Below are positions 1 to 8,911 of a stretch of 64,000 bases of DNA, piece by piece. Each line of letters opens with the position of its first letter. Positions within the stretch are counted from its first letter, which is position 1. Source of the stretch: Candidatus Marinacidobacterales bacterium (GTDB lineage: Bacteria > Acidobacteriota > Vicinamibacteria > Marinacidobacterales > DATDRI01); assembly GCA_965226495.1 (NCBI GenBank), contig OZ245365.1, forward strand, positions 4,256,001 through 4,320,000, given 5' to 3'. Under the pieces are notes generated by a model. The model worked only from the letters and a program-made list of their open reading frames with translations. It had not been told where the DNA came from and ran no database searches. The translations under genes and the position numbers were made by a program.

Positions 1-869
1 GTGACGTTCCCTTCACCGGGGAGACCGCGGTCAGCATTCTGATGAGACACGTCACCGAGCCTCTACCCGTCCCGAGCAAGGAGCTAGCCCTACCGCCGGC
101 TCTCATTCGTGTCCTCGAACGCGCAACGGCTTCGTCCCCCGACGATCGCTACACCTCTGCTCGAGAGATGGGTCGGGCCATCCTCCGCGCGGCGGAAGGC
201 TCTCCGACCGTCACCGTCCGCTCGCAGGCACTCGGAGAAACCATGTCCCGGTGGCGGCGACGCGCCCCTCGGATCAGCGGCCGTGCCGCTCTTTTTTTCT
301 TCTCCGCCGTTGCGCTGGGGGTTGCGGGGACGATCGTGGTTGAAAGCCGATTACCCGCCGCGGCCCACCCACCGCCGACGAGACAGACCCAGGCTCAGTC
401 CGGCGCCGATCTTTCGGGAAGGCAGGCGGCCCCCGACGAGGGTCGCCAACCTACAGAGAAACCCTTCATCCCTCCGCGCGAGAATCGGGTCTTCAACAAG
501 AGTGGCGAGACTAGCGTCGGGCCGAACGAAAGCAACCGAGAAAGCGAAAGGGAGCGCCGCACCGGTGTCGGCGCCCCGGTTTTCAAGCCTGCCGCCACGA
601 ACACAGTGGATCTCGAGCCACCGCGACGATGGGAAGGCTTCCTCACCGACAGCAACTGCACCGAAAAGGGAGGGCAGCAAGGCGAGCTACACGTGAGATG
701 CGCCGAACGCTGCATTCGCGAAGGCGCGCAACCGATGCTCTACTCTCGCGGAAAACTCTACCGGATTGAAGGATTCTCAAACATCACAGTCAGTCGTGGA
801 GAACCGATATCCTTCAAGGGTTGGTTGAATTCCCAAACCAACGCCATTACGGCAGCTCCCGATCAGTAA
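1..869 (+). CDS. Ser/Thr protein kinase, C-terminal part (5' end outside window): kinase tail, TM helix, Pro-rich linker, small Cys-containing C-terminal domain
   Basis: Frame open from base 3: DVPFTGETAVSILMRHVTEP...PDDRYTSAREM (kinase subdomains X-XI). TM segment ALFFFSAVALGVAGTIVV. Confidence 0.8.
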   Translation, partial: DVPFTGETAVSILMRHVTEPLPVPSKELALPPALIRVLERATASSPDDRYTSAREMGRAILRAAEGSPTVTVRSQALGETMSRWRRRAPRISGRAALFFFSAVALGVAGTIVVESRLPAAAHPPPTRQTQAQSGADLSGRQAAPDEGRQPTEKPFIPPRENRVFNKSGETSVGPNESNRESERERRTGVGAPVFKPAATNTVDLEPPRRWEGFLTDSNCTEKGGQQGELHVRCAERCIREGAQPMLYSRGKLYRIEGFSNITVSRGEPISFKGWLNSQTNAITAAPDQ

Positions 870-872
870 AGA

Positions 873-2012
873 CTAAAACGCGAGCTCCGCCTGCAGCCCG
901 ACCAGATTCGGACGACTCTGGTTTCTAAACCCAAGCTCCAACGTCAATTTGAAGTTGGAGTGGATCCACACCATGACCCCCGGGAACACACCGACAAAAG
1001 TCTCGTTGGGCAACGCCGTTTGGCCGGGCGGCCGGTTTACGAGATCGATCCGGGTGGAGAGGTTCAGGAAATCACGGACGAAGTAGTTTGACTGCAGGAA
1101 TCCGCCGGTGAAGCCGAGAGTCTCGCCGCTTCCATCGGGGTTCGCCGCATCGGCGACGGAGTTGGTGTTACGGCCGTACGTGAATACGCCATATAGATTC
1201 CAATCACCGAAGTAAAAGGAGCCGTCTAAACCAAGCCTCAGCAGATCGCTCTCCCAAACGAGAACCTGATTCGGAATTTCGCGAGCCAGAGTATTGCTGG
1301 CAAGGTACGCAAACAGCCCGGCCCGATTTTCGCCGAAATAGTGAGCGAAACGACCATAGGCGGCGGGATCGAACCCTTCATTTACACCAGCGAATTCCTC
1401 CGCGCTCCGGGTGTCGACCAGGCTCACCGACCAGTGAGTCTCGTCGTCGAGGAAGCCGCCGACTTCGGCTCCGTCGTGATGCTCGCCGATGTTATCGACC
1501 TCGAAGCCGGTGTTCGCGAAATAGATGTCGTATCCGAAAAGGTTGGGCGTCCGAGCCTGCGAAAAGGGCAGATCGAGCTCTATCCTCCCTCCTCGGACAT
1601 AAAGATCCTCCGGTAGGATATCGACGCGTAGCCAGGCGTTGTCCATCCCCACACGACGGAAGCCGTCTCCGTCCACCGTCCAGTTGTAGTCGAACCAATA
1701 GGCGACGTGGGAACCGATGCTGCCGGCGCTGATCACGTCGATGAAACCCTCGGTCGTTGCGTCCCCATCTTCGACGAACGTCTGATTCACCCCGGCCCGC
1801 AAACTGACCGGCACCGACTTCAGCCACTCGTTGACGGGATTCGTTTCGTCCTCCAGCCGGAAACCACGGTCGCGGAACCGCTGGCCGATCGGACTCAACT
1901 GGGGGTACCCGTCGTGGCAAAAGTGACAGGGGACATCGTATTGACGAGTAAAGGCGGGTATCGCGCCGACGGGCGGAGCTACCGACGAAGCCACGAGAAC
2001 CAGCAGCACCAT
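873..2012 (-). CDS. Outer-membrane beta-barrel protein with N-terminal CxxCH motif
   Basis: Signal peptide, then AIPAFTRQYDVPCHFCHDGYPQLSPIGQRF. Amphipathic beta-strand pattern and C-terminal Phe (AELAF). Start uncertain (ORF open to 2105). Confidence 0.7.
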   Translation of the reverse strand: MVLLVLVASSVAPPVGAIPAFTRQYDVPCHFCHDGYPQLSPIGQRFRDRGFRLEDETNPVNEWLKSVPVSLRAGVNQTFVEDGDATTEGFIDVISAGSIGSHVAYWFDYNWTVDGDGFRRVGMDNAWLRVDILPEDLYVRGGRIELDLPFSQARTPNLFGYDIYFANTGFEVDNIGEHHDGAEVGGFLDDETHWSVSLVDTRSAEEFAGVNEGFDPAAYGRFAHYFGENRAGLFAYLASNTLAREIPNQVLVWESDLLRLGLDGSFYFGDWNLYGVFTYGRNTNSVADAANPDGSGETLGFTGGFLQSNYFVRDFLNLSTRIDLVNRPPGQTALPNETFVGVFPGVMVWIHSNFKLTLELGFRNQSRPNLVGLQAELAF

Positions 2013-2272
2013 CCGAAGAATGGCCCAGTGGTTCCTGGTTGGAAGGATGACATCCCCTCCCGCGGAGGCCGTGCTCCGCCACTGCAATTTTCTTTGTCTA
2101 TTCACGCGATCCTTCTCAAAAGAAGGAGGTTGTTAGGTTAGTTTGGACTGGAAACCATCCTATGATTATAGCAGGTCGCTCTCGAAAAAAGGGGCACCGG
2201 GGACCCTATGTGCCGGGCGCGTTTGCAGAACCGGCCCTGCTGAGACACAATCCCGCCAACCGGAGGGTGCCA

Positions 2273-2707
2273 ATGAGTTTATTGAAAATCGCGAGTGTCC
2301 CCGCAGGTACTGTGTCCCCCCAATCGGCAGTTACCGAGGCCGTCCAGCGGATGAACGACAAAAGGGTGGGCGCGGTGGCCGTGGTCGAGAACGACGAGCT
2401 CGTGGGAATATTCACGGAACGGGACGTCATGATCCGCGTCGTCCTAGCGGGCAAAGACCCCAAGACAACCACCATGTCGGACGTCATGACACGGGATGTC
2501 GAGACGGCGCCGGCAGACATGCCCTATGGCGATTGTTTGCGCCTCATGGTGGAGCGACATTTCCGGCATCTGCCAATCATCGACTCCGACAACCACGTCC
2601 TTGGGGTACTATCCGTTCGGGATATGCTCCAGCACGCGGTCGACGATCTGAGTACCCAGCTCGATTCGATGGTTAAGTACTTTAGCGCCGACGGCCCGGG
2701 AGGTTAG
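2273..2707 (+). CDS. CBS domain pair protein
   Basis: VGAVAVV...LVGIFTERD...RHFRHLPII...GVLSVRD; RBS GGAGGG before ATG 2273. Confidence 0.9.
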   Translation: MSLLKIASVPAGTVSPQSAVTEAVQRMNDKRVGAVAVVENDELVGIFTERDVMIRVVLAGKDPKTTTMSDVMTRDVETAPADMPYGDCLRLMVERHFRHLPIIDSDNHVLGVLSVRDMLQHAVDDLSTQLDSMVKYFSADGPGG

Positions 2708-2796
2708 CGACGAGATAAACACGATCCGCTCGAAGCCACACCCTTCCACCGCCCCGCCTCGTTTTGCACGATGGTTTTGCCCAATTGGAGGTTCGC

Positions 2797-3219
2797 TTGA
2801 AGAGCCACACTATCCATCTCACCATGAATGTTCCGGCCCGCATGGACTTCGTCAACATCACAAGAGATGTCGAGAAGGCGGTCATCGAGAGCGGCGTTCA
2901 GGAAGGTCTATGCTTGGTCAACGCCATGCATATCACGGCGTCGGTTTTCATCAATGACGACGAGCCCGGCCTGCACGAAGATTACAAACGTTGGCTCGAG
3001 TGGCTTGCTCCTTTCGACGCGAGCCCCGAGAAGTACCATCACAACCGTACCGGCGAGGACAACGGCGATGCTCACCACAAGCGTCAAGTCATGGGCCGAG
3101 AAGTCGTGGTGGCCGTCACCCACGGCAAGCTCGACTTCGGCCCGTGGGAACAGATCTTCTACGGCGAGTTCGATGGCCGCCGACCGAAGCGGCTCCTCGT
3201 CAAGATCATCGGCGAGTGA
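2797..3219 (+). CDS. yjbQ: YjbQ/UPF0047 family protein
   Basis: [36 protein letters not shown]; GGAGG before TTG 2797. Confidence 0.9.
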   Translation: MKSHTIHLTMNVPARMDFVNITRDVEKAVIESGVQEGLCLVNAMHITASVFINDDEPGLHEDYKRWLEWLAPFDASPEKYHHNRTGEDNGDAHHKRQVMGREVVVAVTHGKLDFGPWEQIFYGEFDGRRPKRLLVKIIGE

Positions 3220-3221
3220 GG

Positions 3222-4523
3222 TGTAAACACGGTAAAACCGGGGTACATAGGTTACAGGTGTCCGGGCACATGGGTGACACTTTCTCCATCCCTAAAGGAG
3301 GAGGATGGATGCCCTGGCTGGAGACCAACCCTATGCTCGAAAGACGTCACTTTATCCACGATTTTAGCAGCGAACACTGGACGATGACGGAGCTGTGCCT
3401 CCGCTACAGTATCAGCCGGAACACCGGCTACAAGTGGCTTAATCGGTACCGCCAGAGCGGAGCCAGCGGGCTCCACGACCACAGTAGGGCACCGCGCTCG
3501 TGTCCCCATCAGACTCCGGACGAGCTCGTGGAATTGATTCTGGAGGAGAACCGTCGCTATGGATGGGGCGCCCGAAAGGTGCTGAAACGACTCCGGAAGC
3601 GTTTTCCGGACCGGGCCTGGCCCGCCCGCAGCACGGTCTTCGACATTCTCGAGCGGCATGGCCGCGTCCGCTCTCGGCGGCACCACCGACGATGGAAACA
3701 TCCCGGCGCCGCTCCCTTCAACACCACCGCACCCAACCAGATTTGGACCGTCGATTTCAAGGGCCAGTTCCGTATGCGCAACGGCCTCTACTGCTACCCC
3801 TTGACCATCGTCGACCACTTCAGCCGCTATCTGCTCTGCTGCTACGGACTCCCCGACGTGCGCGGAAAAGCTGTCAAGAGCCAGTTCCTGTCCTTGTTTC
3901 GTCAACATGGACTTCCCGATGCCATCCGCAGTGACAACGGCTCCCCGTTTGCCTCCACAGGTATTCACGGCCTCAGTCGGTTGAACGTTTGGTGGCTCCA
4001 GCTCGGGATCACCCATCAGAGAATCAATCCAGGCAATCCTCAGCAGAATGGTGCTCATGAACGCATGCACAGAACTCTCAAAGCGCGCGCCACCAAACCA
4101 CCCGCTGCCAATTTCAACATCCAGCAGCGCGTGTTTAACGACTTCCGCAAAACCTACAACGACATTCGACCTCACGAGGCTATCGATGACGAAACACCCG
4201 CTTCACGTTGGACTCCATCAACACGCCTCTATCCAGAACAGATCACACCACCTGAGTATCCCGGCCATGTTGAAGTCCGACGCGTCAGCAACGCCGGTAC
4301 CTTCCGACTCCACTCAGGGCAACATTTCCTCTCACAGGCGCTCAACGGCGAATACATCGCGCTCGAGGAAGTACAAGACGCCATCTGGAACATCCTCTAC
4401 TACGACACTCTACTCGGACGTTTCGACGAACGAAACAAAACCATCACCGGGGCACCCTCTCTCCGTGGAAAGTGTTAACCATGTCCCCGGACGTTCTGTT
4501 AGCTATGTTCCCGGTTGCTCACA
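3222..4523 (+). mobile_element. IS481-family insertion sequence
   Basis: Imperfect terminal inverted repeats: left ...ACCGGGGTACATAGGTTACAGGTGTCCGGGCACATGGGTGACAC, right GTGTTAACCATGTCCCCGGACGTTCTGTTAGCTATGTTCCCGGTTGCTCACA. Left boundary ambiguous (3222-3231); no clear target-site duplication. Confidence 0.8.
3309..4478 (+). CDS. IS481-family DDE transposase
   Basis: MPWLET start, HTH (ISRNTGYKWLNRY), rve core WTVDFKG / IRSDNGSPF / QQNGAHERMHRTLK. Confidence 0.93.
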   Translation: MPWLETNPMLERRHFIHDFSSEHWTMTELCLRYSISRNTGYKWLNRYRQSGASGLHDHSRAPRSCPHQTPDELVELILEENRRYGWGARKVLKRLRKRFPDRAWPARSTVFDILERHGRVRSRRHHRRWKHPGAAPFNTTAPNQIWTVDFKGQFRMRNGLYCYPLTIVDHFSRYLLCCYGLPDVRGKAVKSQFLSLFRQHGLPDAIRSDNGSPFASTGIHGLSRLNVWWLQLGITHQRINPGNPQQNGAHERMHRTLKARATKPPAANFNIQQRVFNDFRKTYNDIRPHEAIDDETPASRWTPSTRLYPEQITPPEYPGHVEVRRVSNAGTFRLHSGQHFLSQALNGEYIALEEVQDAIWNILYYDTLLGRFDERNKTITGAPSLRGKC

Positions 4524-4524
4524 C

Positions 4525-4560
4525 AAAGGGCGCACGACCCTCGGCCGTGCGCCCTCTTTC
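4525..4560. terminator. Intrinsic terminator hairpin between convergent genes
   Basis: AGGGCGCACG-ACCCTCGGC-CGTGCGCCCT flanked by A and T runs. Confidence 0.65.
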
Positions 4561-4586
4561 GATTTGTAGTTGGCTGGGCTGCTACC

Positions 4587-5180
4587 TCAAGCCTTGCGTA
4601 GCTGCTTTACGGCGAGTACCACTAGAACCAACGCCAGGAGCAACAGGCCGATCATAAGCCCCGGGCTCATGCCGCCGCCGGAATCCATAGCGGCCGCCTC
4701 CGCGGTTTCCGCAGACTCCACCATTTCCTCGACGGGGTCGTCCGACGACTCATCCTCGCCCCCCATGGACTCGACCATTCCCCCGGCCGCTTCCGTCACC
4801 GCCTCGGCGGCTTGGGTCACCGCCTCCGCGACATCGGCGGGTGCATCGCTATCCTCCACGGTGAGGGTTGCCACATCTTCCTCTGCGATGTCCTGAGGCG
4901 CCCCGACGGTGCGAAGTCTCACGCTAGTGAGCTGATGGCCCGCACGAAGCTCGCGCACCGTGATCTCTTGGCCTTCGTGGTTGAACTTGAAGTCATAAGG
5001 CACGACGTACGTCCTGACGCCCTCGCCCTCGACCCGCACCACGACGGTATTGTTGAGTACGCGCAACACCTCACCCTTTTTGATCTCGACGACTGTTGTG
5101 TCTTGCGCTGCGACGGTGTGGGTGAAACCCACCACTAGTACAATCACTAGTGCCGCAGCGAAACTTGCTGTTTTTTTCAT
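4587..5180 (-). CDS. Exported hypothetical protein with acidic linker and C-terminal TM anchor
   Basis: Signal peptide (MKKTAS...VAA-Q), small beta domain, acidic linker, SGGG-hydrophobic helix-KQLRKA. Confidence 0.75.
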   Translation of the reverse strand: MKKTASFAAALVIVLVVGFTHTVAAQDTTVVEIKKGEVLRVLNNTVVVRVEGEGVRTYVVPYDFKFNHEGQEITVRELRAGHQLTSVRLRTVGAPQDIAEEDVATLTVEDSDAPADVAEAVTQAAEAVTEAAGGMVESMGGEDESSDDPVEEMVESAETAEAAAMDSGGGMSPGLMIGLLLLALVLVVLAVKQLRKA

Positions 5181-5292
5181 TGCTTCCTCCTATAGAAACC
5201 CATGTGTGAATATACCAGTCGTGACGTCGATGCAAGTGCGGAGGGTTCGCGGCTAACGCAAGGACCGTGCGACTTTCCCATCAGGGTCTGAT

Positions 5293-6612
5293 GTGCTAGC
5301 TTCACCGCGTCATTTCTCAATACTCTCGTTTCGACAGCGTGAACCTTTGGTTGCCGTGAAAAAGAAGGGAGTTCCAATAGGTCCTGCGGCACTGGTGTGC
5401 CTGCTCCTCTTCGCCGCGTCGAGCTGTTCGCCGCGTCGCGGAACGATCGTCGTCACACCCGACACGAAACGGGAAGCGATCGCCGGCAAGCTTGCCGCTC
5501 TTCTTCACGAGGTAAGAGGCTTCGAGCTCCGGCTCATCGAAGGCGAAGGCTCGGTCCGTAATCTTGATTTGCTCCGCCGGGGGGAGGCAGACCTAGCCAT
5601 CGTCGAGAACAGCGTGCCCTTCGAACGAGGTATCCGCACCGTCGTCCCGCTTTACCCGAGTGTGCTTCATATCCTGCACAGAAAAGGTGAGAACCCGCAG
5701 AACTTCCGAGAGCTGGTGCAGGGCAAGCGTGTGTACGTCGGTGCCCGGGGTGGATTGTCGGAGTGGATCGTAGAGCTCATTCGTCGCAACGCCGACATTT
5801 CGTCGGAGGCCTTCACCATCGTCGACGATGTCGATGAGGATAACCCCGACGTCATCATTGTCTTCGCCATGCTCGATCCCGGGTTCTCCGACGAGATTGC
5901 GGACGGCTACGAGTTCTACAGCATCGATCGGGCCGAGGATCTCGGGCGAGGCGCTACGACCGACGGCCTGTCCATTCTCTTCCCGCACTTGAAACCCTTC
6001 ATCATTCCGAGAAGATTCTACGGCGAGGGCAATCCGGAACCGGTGGTCACGGTGAGCGTGGACAACTTCTTGGTCGCGCGCGCCAGTATTCCTGACGTCG
6101 AGATCTACGATTTGACGAAGACGATCCTAGAGCACAAGCAAGAGCTAGCTACCGTCAGCCGCGTCGTGGCCAGTGCCGTCACCGGCGACTTCGATGAGAA
6201 CGCGCTGACTTTCCCTCTCCACCCTGGTGCGCGGAAATACCTCGACCGAAACGAACCCGGGCTCTTGGAGCGTTACGCCGAACTGGCCGGGGTCTCGTTC
6301 ACGGTGTTCCTCGCAGGCGCCAGTGGGCTCATCGCTTTGGCGCGGTGGAGAAGGCGCCGCAAGAAAGATCGCATCGACGTCTATTACGCGGCGGTGATCG
6401 AGCAACGGGCTGCCGGGTTGCAGGCCGAGTCCCCACCGGCACTCGACACCGCGGCCGCCAAGATACGGAAGTTGCAGGACGAAGCCTTCGAACTTCTCAT
6501 CAACGAGCGGCTGGCCGCCGACGAGAGCTTTCGGATATTCGTGACTCTAGCGCAGGATGCGAAAGAAGAGCTCAGGCAGCATAGGGATACACTAGCCCGG
6601 GGCGAGCACTAA
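5293..6612 (+). CDS. TAXI-family TRAP solute-binding-like protein with C-terminal membrane anchor
   Basis: GSVRNLDLLRRGEADLAIV, FPLHPGARKY, C-terminal TM then RRRRKK. True start probably downstream of 5293. Confidence 0.8.
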   Translation: MLASPRHFSILSFRQREPLVAVKKKGVPIGPAALVCLLLFAASSCSPRRGTIVVTPDTKREAIAGKLAALLHEVRGFELRLIEGEGSVRNLDLLRRGEADLAIVENSVPFERGIRTVVPLYPSVLHILHRKGENPQNFRELVQGKRVYVGARGGLSEWIVELIRRNADISSEAFTIVDDVDEDNPDVIIVFAMLDPGFSDEIADGYEFYSIDRAEDLGRGATTDGLSILFPHLKPFIIPRRFYGEGNPEPVVTVSVDNFLVARASIPDVEIYDLTKTILEHKQELATVSRVVASAVTGDFDENALTFPLHPGARKYLDRNEPGLLERYAELAGVSFTVFLAGASGLIALARWRRRRKKDRIDVYYAAVIEQRAAGLQAESPPALDTAAAKIRKLQDEAFELLINERLAADESFRIFVTLAQDAKEELRQHRDTLARGEH

Positions 6613-6621
6613 CGTCTTCTC

Positions 6622-7155
6622 TTAAGGCTCGATGAGGCTCGGAAGGGTCTTCGCGTGCTCGATCCAGCGTGCGACCGTTCCCGAGCTCGGGACAGTTCGG
6701 GTTCGAGCGTCCCGAGCATTCACCTCCGCCATCCGCGACGCCAGCTTTTCGGCGTCTTCACCAGCGAGATCCTGTACCGACGGAACACCGGAGGCCTCCA
6801 GAAGCTCGGAGAACTGGACCCGAACTCCGGCGACTCGCATGAGATCGGCCATCCTCGTCCATTGAGTGATGGCTTCGTCGTCGACACTAATGCTTCCGGC
6901 GATCGACTTTCTCTCCCCGGCGGTTCGACCTCGGTCGACAAGGTCTTGAGTCGTCTCGATTCCCATGTCCCGGAGTCTCTTGCCGAAAGCAGGCCCGATG
7001 CCCTCGATGTCCTCGATGGCGTAGGTGGTCGACGCGTCTTCCACGTCCTCAGCCGTTTGCCCGGACACATTGCCGCGCAGAAACCAACCCAGCACGAAGC
7101 CAATGGCCGCGGCCACTAGAAGACAAATCAGCATCTGCGTGATCAAGTACGTCAT
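6622..7155 (-). CDS. DUF4332-like HhH protein with N-terminal TM helix
   Basis: IEDIEGIGP, ADLMRVAGV..QFSELLEASGV motifs. Confidence 0.8.
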   Translation of the reverse strand: MTYLITQMLICLLVAAAIGFVLGWFLRGNVSGQTAEDVEDASTTYAIEDIEGIGPAFGKRLRDMGIETTQDLVDRGRTAGERKSIAGSISVDDEAITQWTRMADLMRVAGVRVQFSELLEASGVPSVQDLAGEDAEKLASRMAEVNARDARTRTVPSSGTVARWIEHAKTLPSLIEP

Positions 7156-7157
7156 GG

Positions 7158-7841
7158 TTAGTTCCCTCTTACGATGAACTCGATACGCCGATTCTTCGCT
7201 TGACCGGCGGCGTTCTCATTGTCCGCGGCGGGCCGCGTCTCCCCGTAACCGACCGCCGACAACCGCTCCTGGGCCACGCCACTGCCGGCCAGGTATGCAG
7301 TCACCGCTTCGGCCCGAGCCTGGCTGAGGCGCAGATTGAAATCGGCGCCCCCGCGGGAATCGGCATGGCCCGCCACTTCGATGCGTGCGCCCGGACATCG
7401 ATTCGCCAACGCCACGAGCTCGTCGAGCAACGTGAATCTGTCGGCGTGGATTTCCGCGCTCGCCGTTGCGAAAAGGATTGTTCGGTCCGCCAGCAGCTCG
7501 TTGAAGAGGTTTTGGCAAGAAACGGCGTCCACGACGGGTGCCTCGGTCGGCGCCTCCGGCTCGGCGACGCCGATCCGGTCCTCTACCTTGCGAACACCCC
7601 AGACCCCACCCGCCAGGGCCACCGCTCCGCTTTGTGCCTCATCGCTCGGCGCCGCGCCCTCCAGCACGACATCGCGACCGTCGACGCCAACAACGGCCCA
7701 ATCCATCGACGCTTCTGTGAGCCCGTCGCCGACTCGTGCACGGATGTCTTCTTCAATGGCCGGCGCGCGAGAGGCAATGCACAGCCAGGAAAGGAGAACG
7801 AGCGCTATCAGACCAAGCGAAACTGTAAGTGCTTTCTTCAT
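7158..7841 (-). CDS. BON plus OmpA-like peptidoglycan-binding protein
   Basis: IEVAGHADSRG...NLRLSQARAEAV...GYGETRP...NRRIEF. Confidence 0.9.
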   Translation of the reverse strand: MKKALTVSLGLIALVLLSWLCIASRAPAIEEDIRARVGDGLTEASMDWAVVGVDGRDVVLEGAAPSDEAQSGAVALAGGVWGVRKVEDRIGVAEPEAPTEAPVVDAVSCQNLFNELLADRTILFATASAEIHADRFTLLDELVALANRCPGARIEVAGHADSRGGADFNLRLSQARAEAVTAYLAGSGVAQERLSAVGYGETRPAADNENAAGQAKNRRIEFIVRGN

Positions 7842-7932
7842 GAAGACTCCGGAGTAGCAGCGACCTCCTTCCTAAAGTAGGTGGGGGGGGATGTCAAGCA
7901 CTTTCGCATTAGAAGGGCATACGGACGTCAGG

Positions 7933-7962
7933 TTGACAGCGTCATTCGGCGAGTGCTATAGA
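7933..7962 (+). promoter_or_regulatory. sigma70-type promoter with extended -10
   Basis: TTGACA, 18-nt spacer ending TGC, then TATAGA, 10 nt before ATG 7973. Confidence 0.6.
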
Positions 7963-7972
7963 ACCGCCCACC

Positions 7973-8764
7973 ATGTACAAACGAATCGCCCTTTTTTTGT
8001 TTCTAACTTTCGCCGCTCAAACAGGCGCGGCTCAGATGTCGACCGAGCTGAAGCCCGAAACCCTTAAGGCCTTCAAGATGTATGTGGCCAAGGTCGAGTC
8101 CGAGCTCGACAAGAGAGACGACGGGCGCAAGAAGTTCCTATGGCTGGACGAGCATCCGGCCGAGCGCAAGGCAGCGCTCCAAGGCGAAGTCGCGGTGCAC
8201 CAGTTTGGAGACGACATCATCGAAGTCAAGAACGGCCTGATTCACCACTGGCTGGGCGCGGCATTCATGCCGGGCGTTACCCTAGATGAAGCCACTAACC
8301 TGCTCACTGACGCCCAGAGACATGTGGACTACTACCCCGAGGTCGTCGAGTCAGAGGTGCTCTCGCGAGACGGTGACGTCGTTCATCAGCGGTTGAGGAC
8401 GTCGGTGACGAAGGTCTTGACGGTCGTGCTCGACATGGAGCTCGAGGCAAATCACCAGCGGCTGAATGACGAGCGCCACACCATCCGCTCCTATTCGATC
8501 CGAGTCTCGGAAGTGACGGACCATGGAACGAAAGACGAGGAGGTCCTTCCCGATGGCGAGGGCACCGGCTTCATGTGGCGGCTCAACTCCTATTGGCGGC
8601 TGGAAGCGGTGGACGGCGGCGTCCTCACCGAGTTGGAAACCGTGTCCCTGAGCCGAGGGATCCCGTTCGGGTTGGGAATGATCGTCAAGCCTTTCGTAGT
8701 AGAGGTGCCCCAGGAGTCCTTGGTCTCCACGCTGACGTCCACGCGAAACGCGCTGGCGAAATAG
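7973..8764 (+). CDS. Exported hypothetical protein, START/SRPBCC-like
   Basis: Signal peptide; GLIHHWLGAAF and GFMWRLNSYWRL segments; C-terminal helix typical of helix-grip folds (inferred). Confidence 0.65.
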   Translation: MYKRIALFLFLTFAAQTGAAQMSTELKPETLKAFKMYVAKVESELDKRDDGRKKFLWLDEHPAERKAALQGEVAVHQFGDDIIEVKNGLIHHWLGAAFMPGVTLDEATNLLTDAQRHVDYYPEVVESEVLSRDGDVVHQRLRTSVTKVLTVVLDMELEANHQRLNDERHTIRSYSIRVSEVTDHGTKDEEVLPDGEGTGFMWRLNSYWRLEAVDGGVLTELETVSLSRGIPFGLGMIVKPFVVEVPQESLVSTLTSTRNALAK

Positions 8765-8911
8765 CCCCGTATTTTCTGTCTGAAAAACCGGTATTTCTAC
8801 GGGTTCAATTTCCTGCCTCCCTTCTATATAAAGGTCGCTTGGAACGGGGTGAGCCCGCGCTTCATGCCCGGCCACCGGTCAACTGAAAATCAAGAACTCG
8901 GGAGAAATCGA

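Noticed and set aside
2991-3308. N-terminal extension of the transposase ORF
   Set aside because: It runs through yjbQ and the IS left end; the RBS and family-typical MPW start are at 3309.
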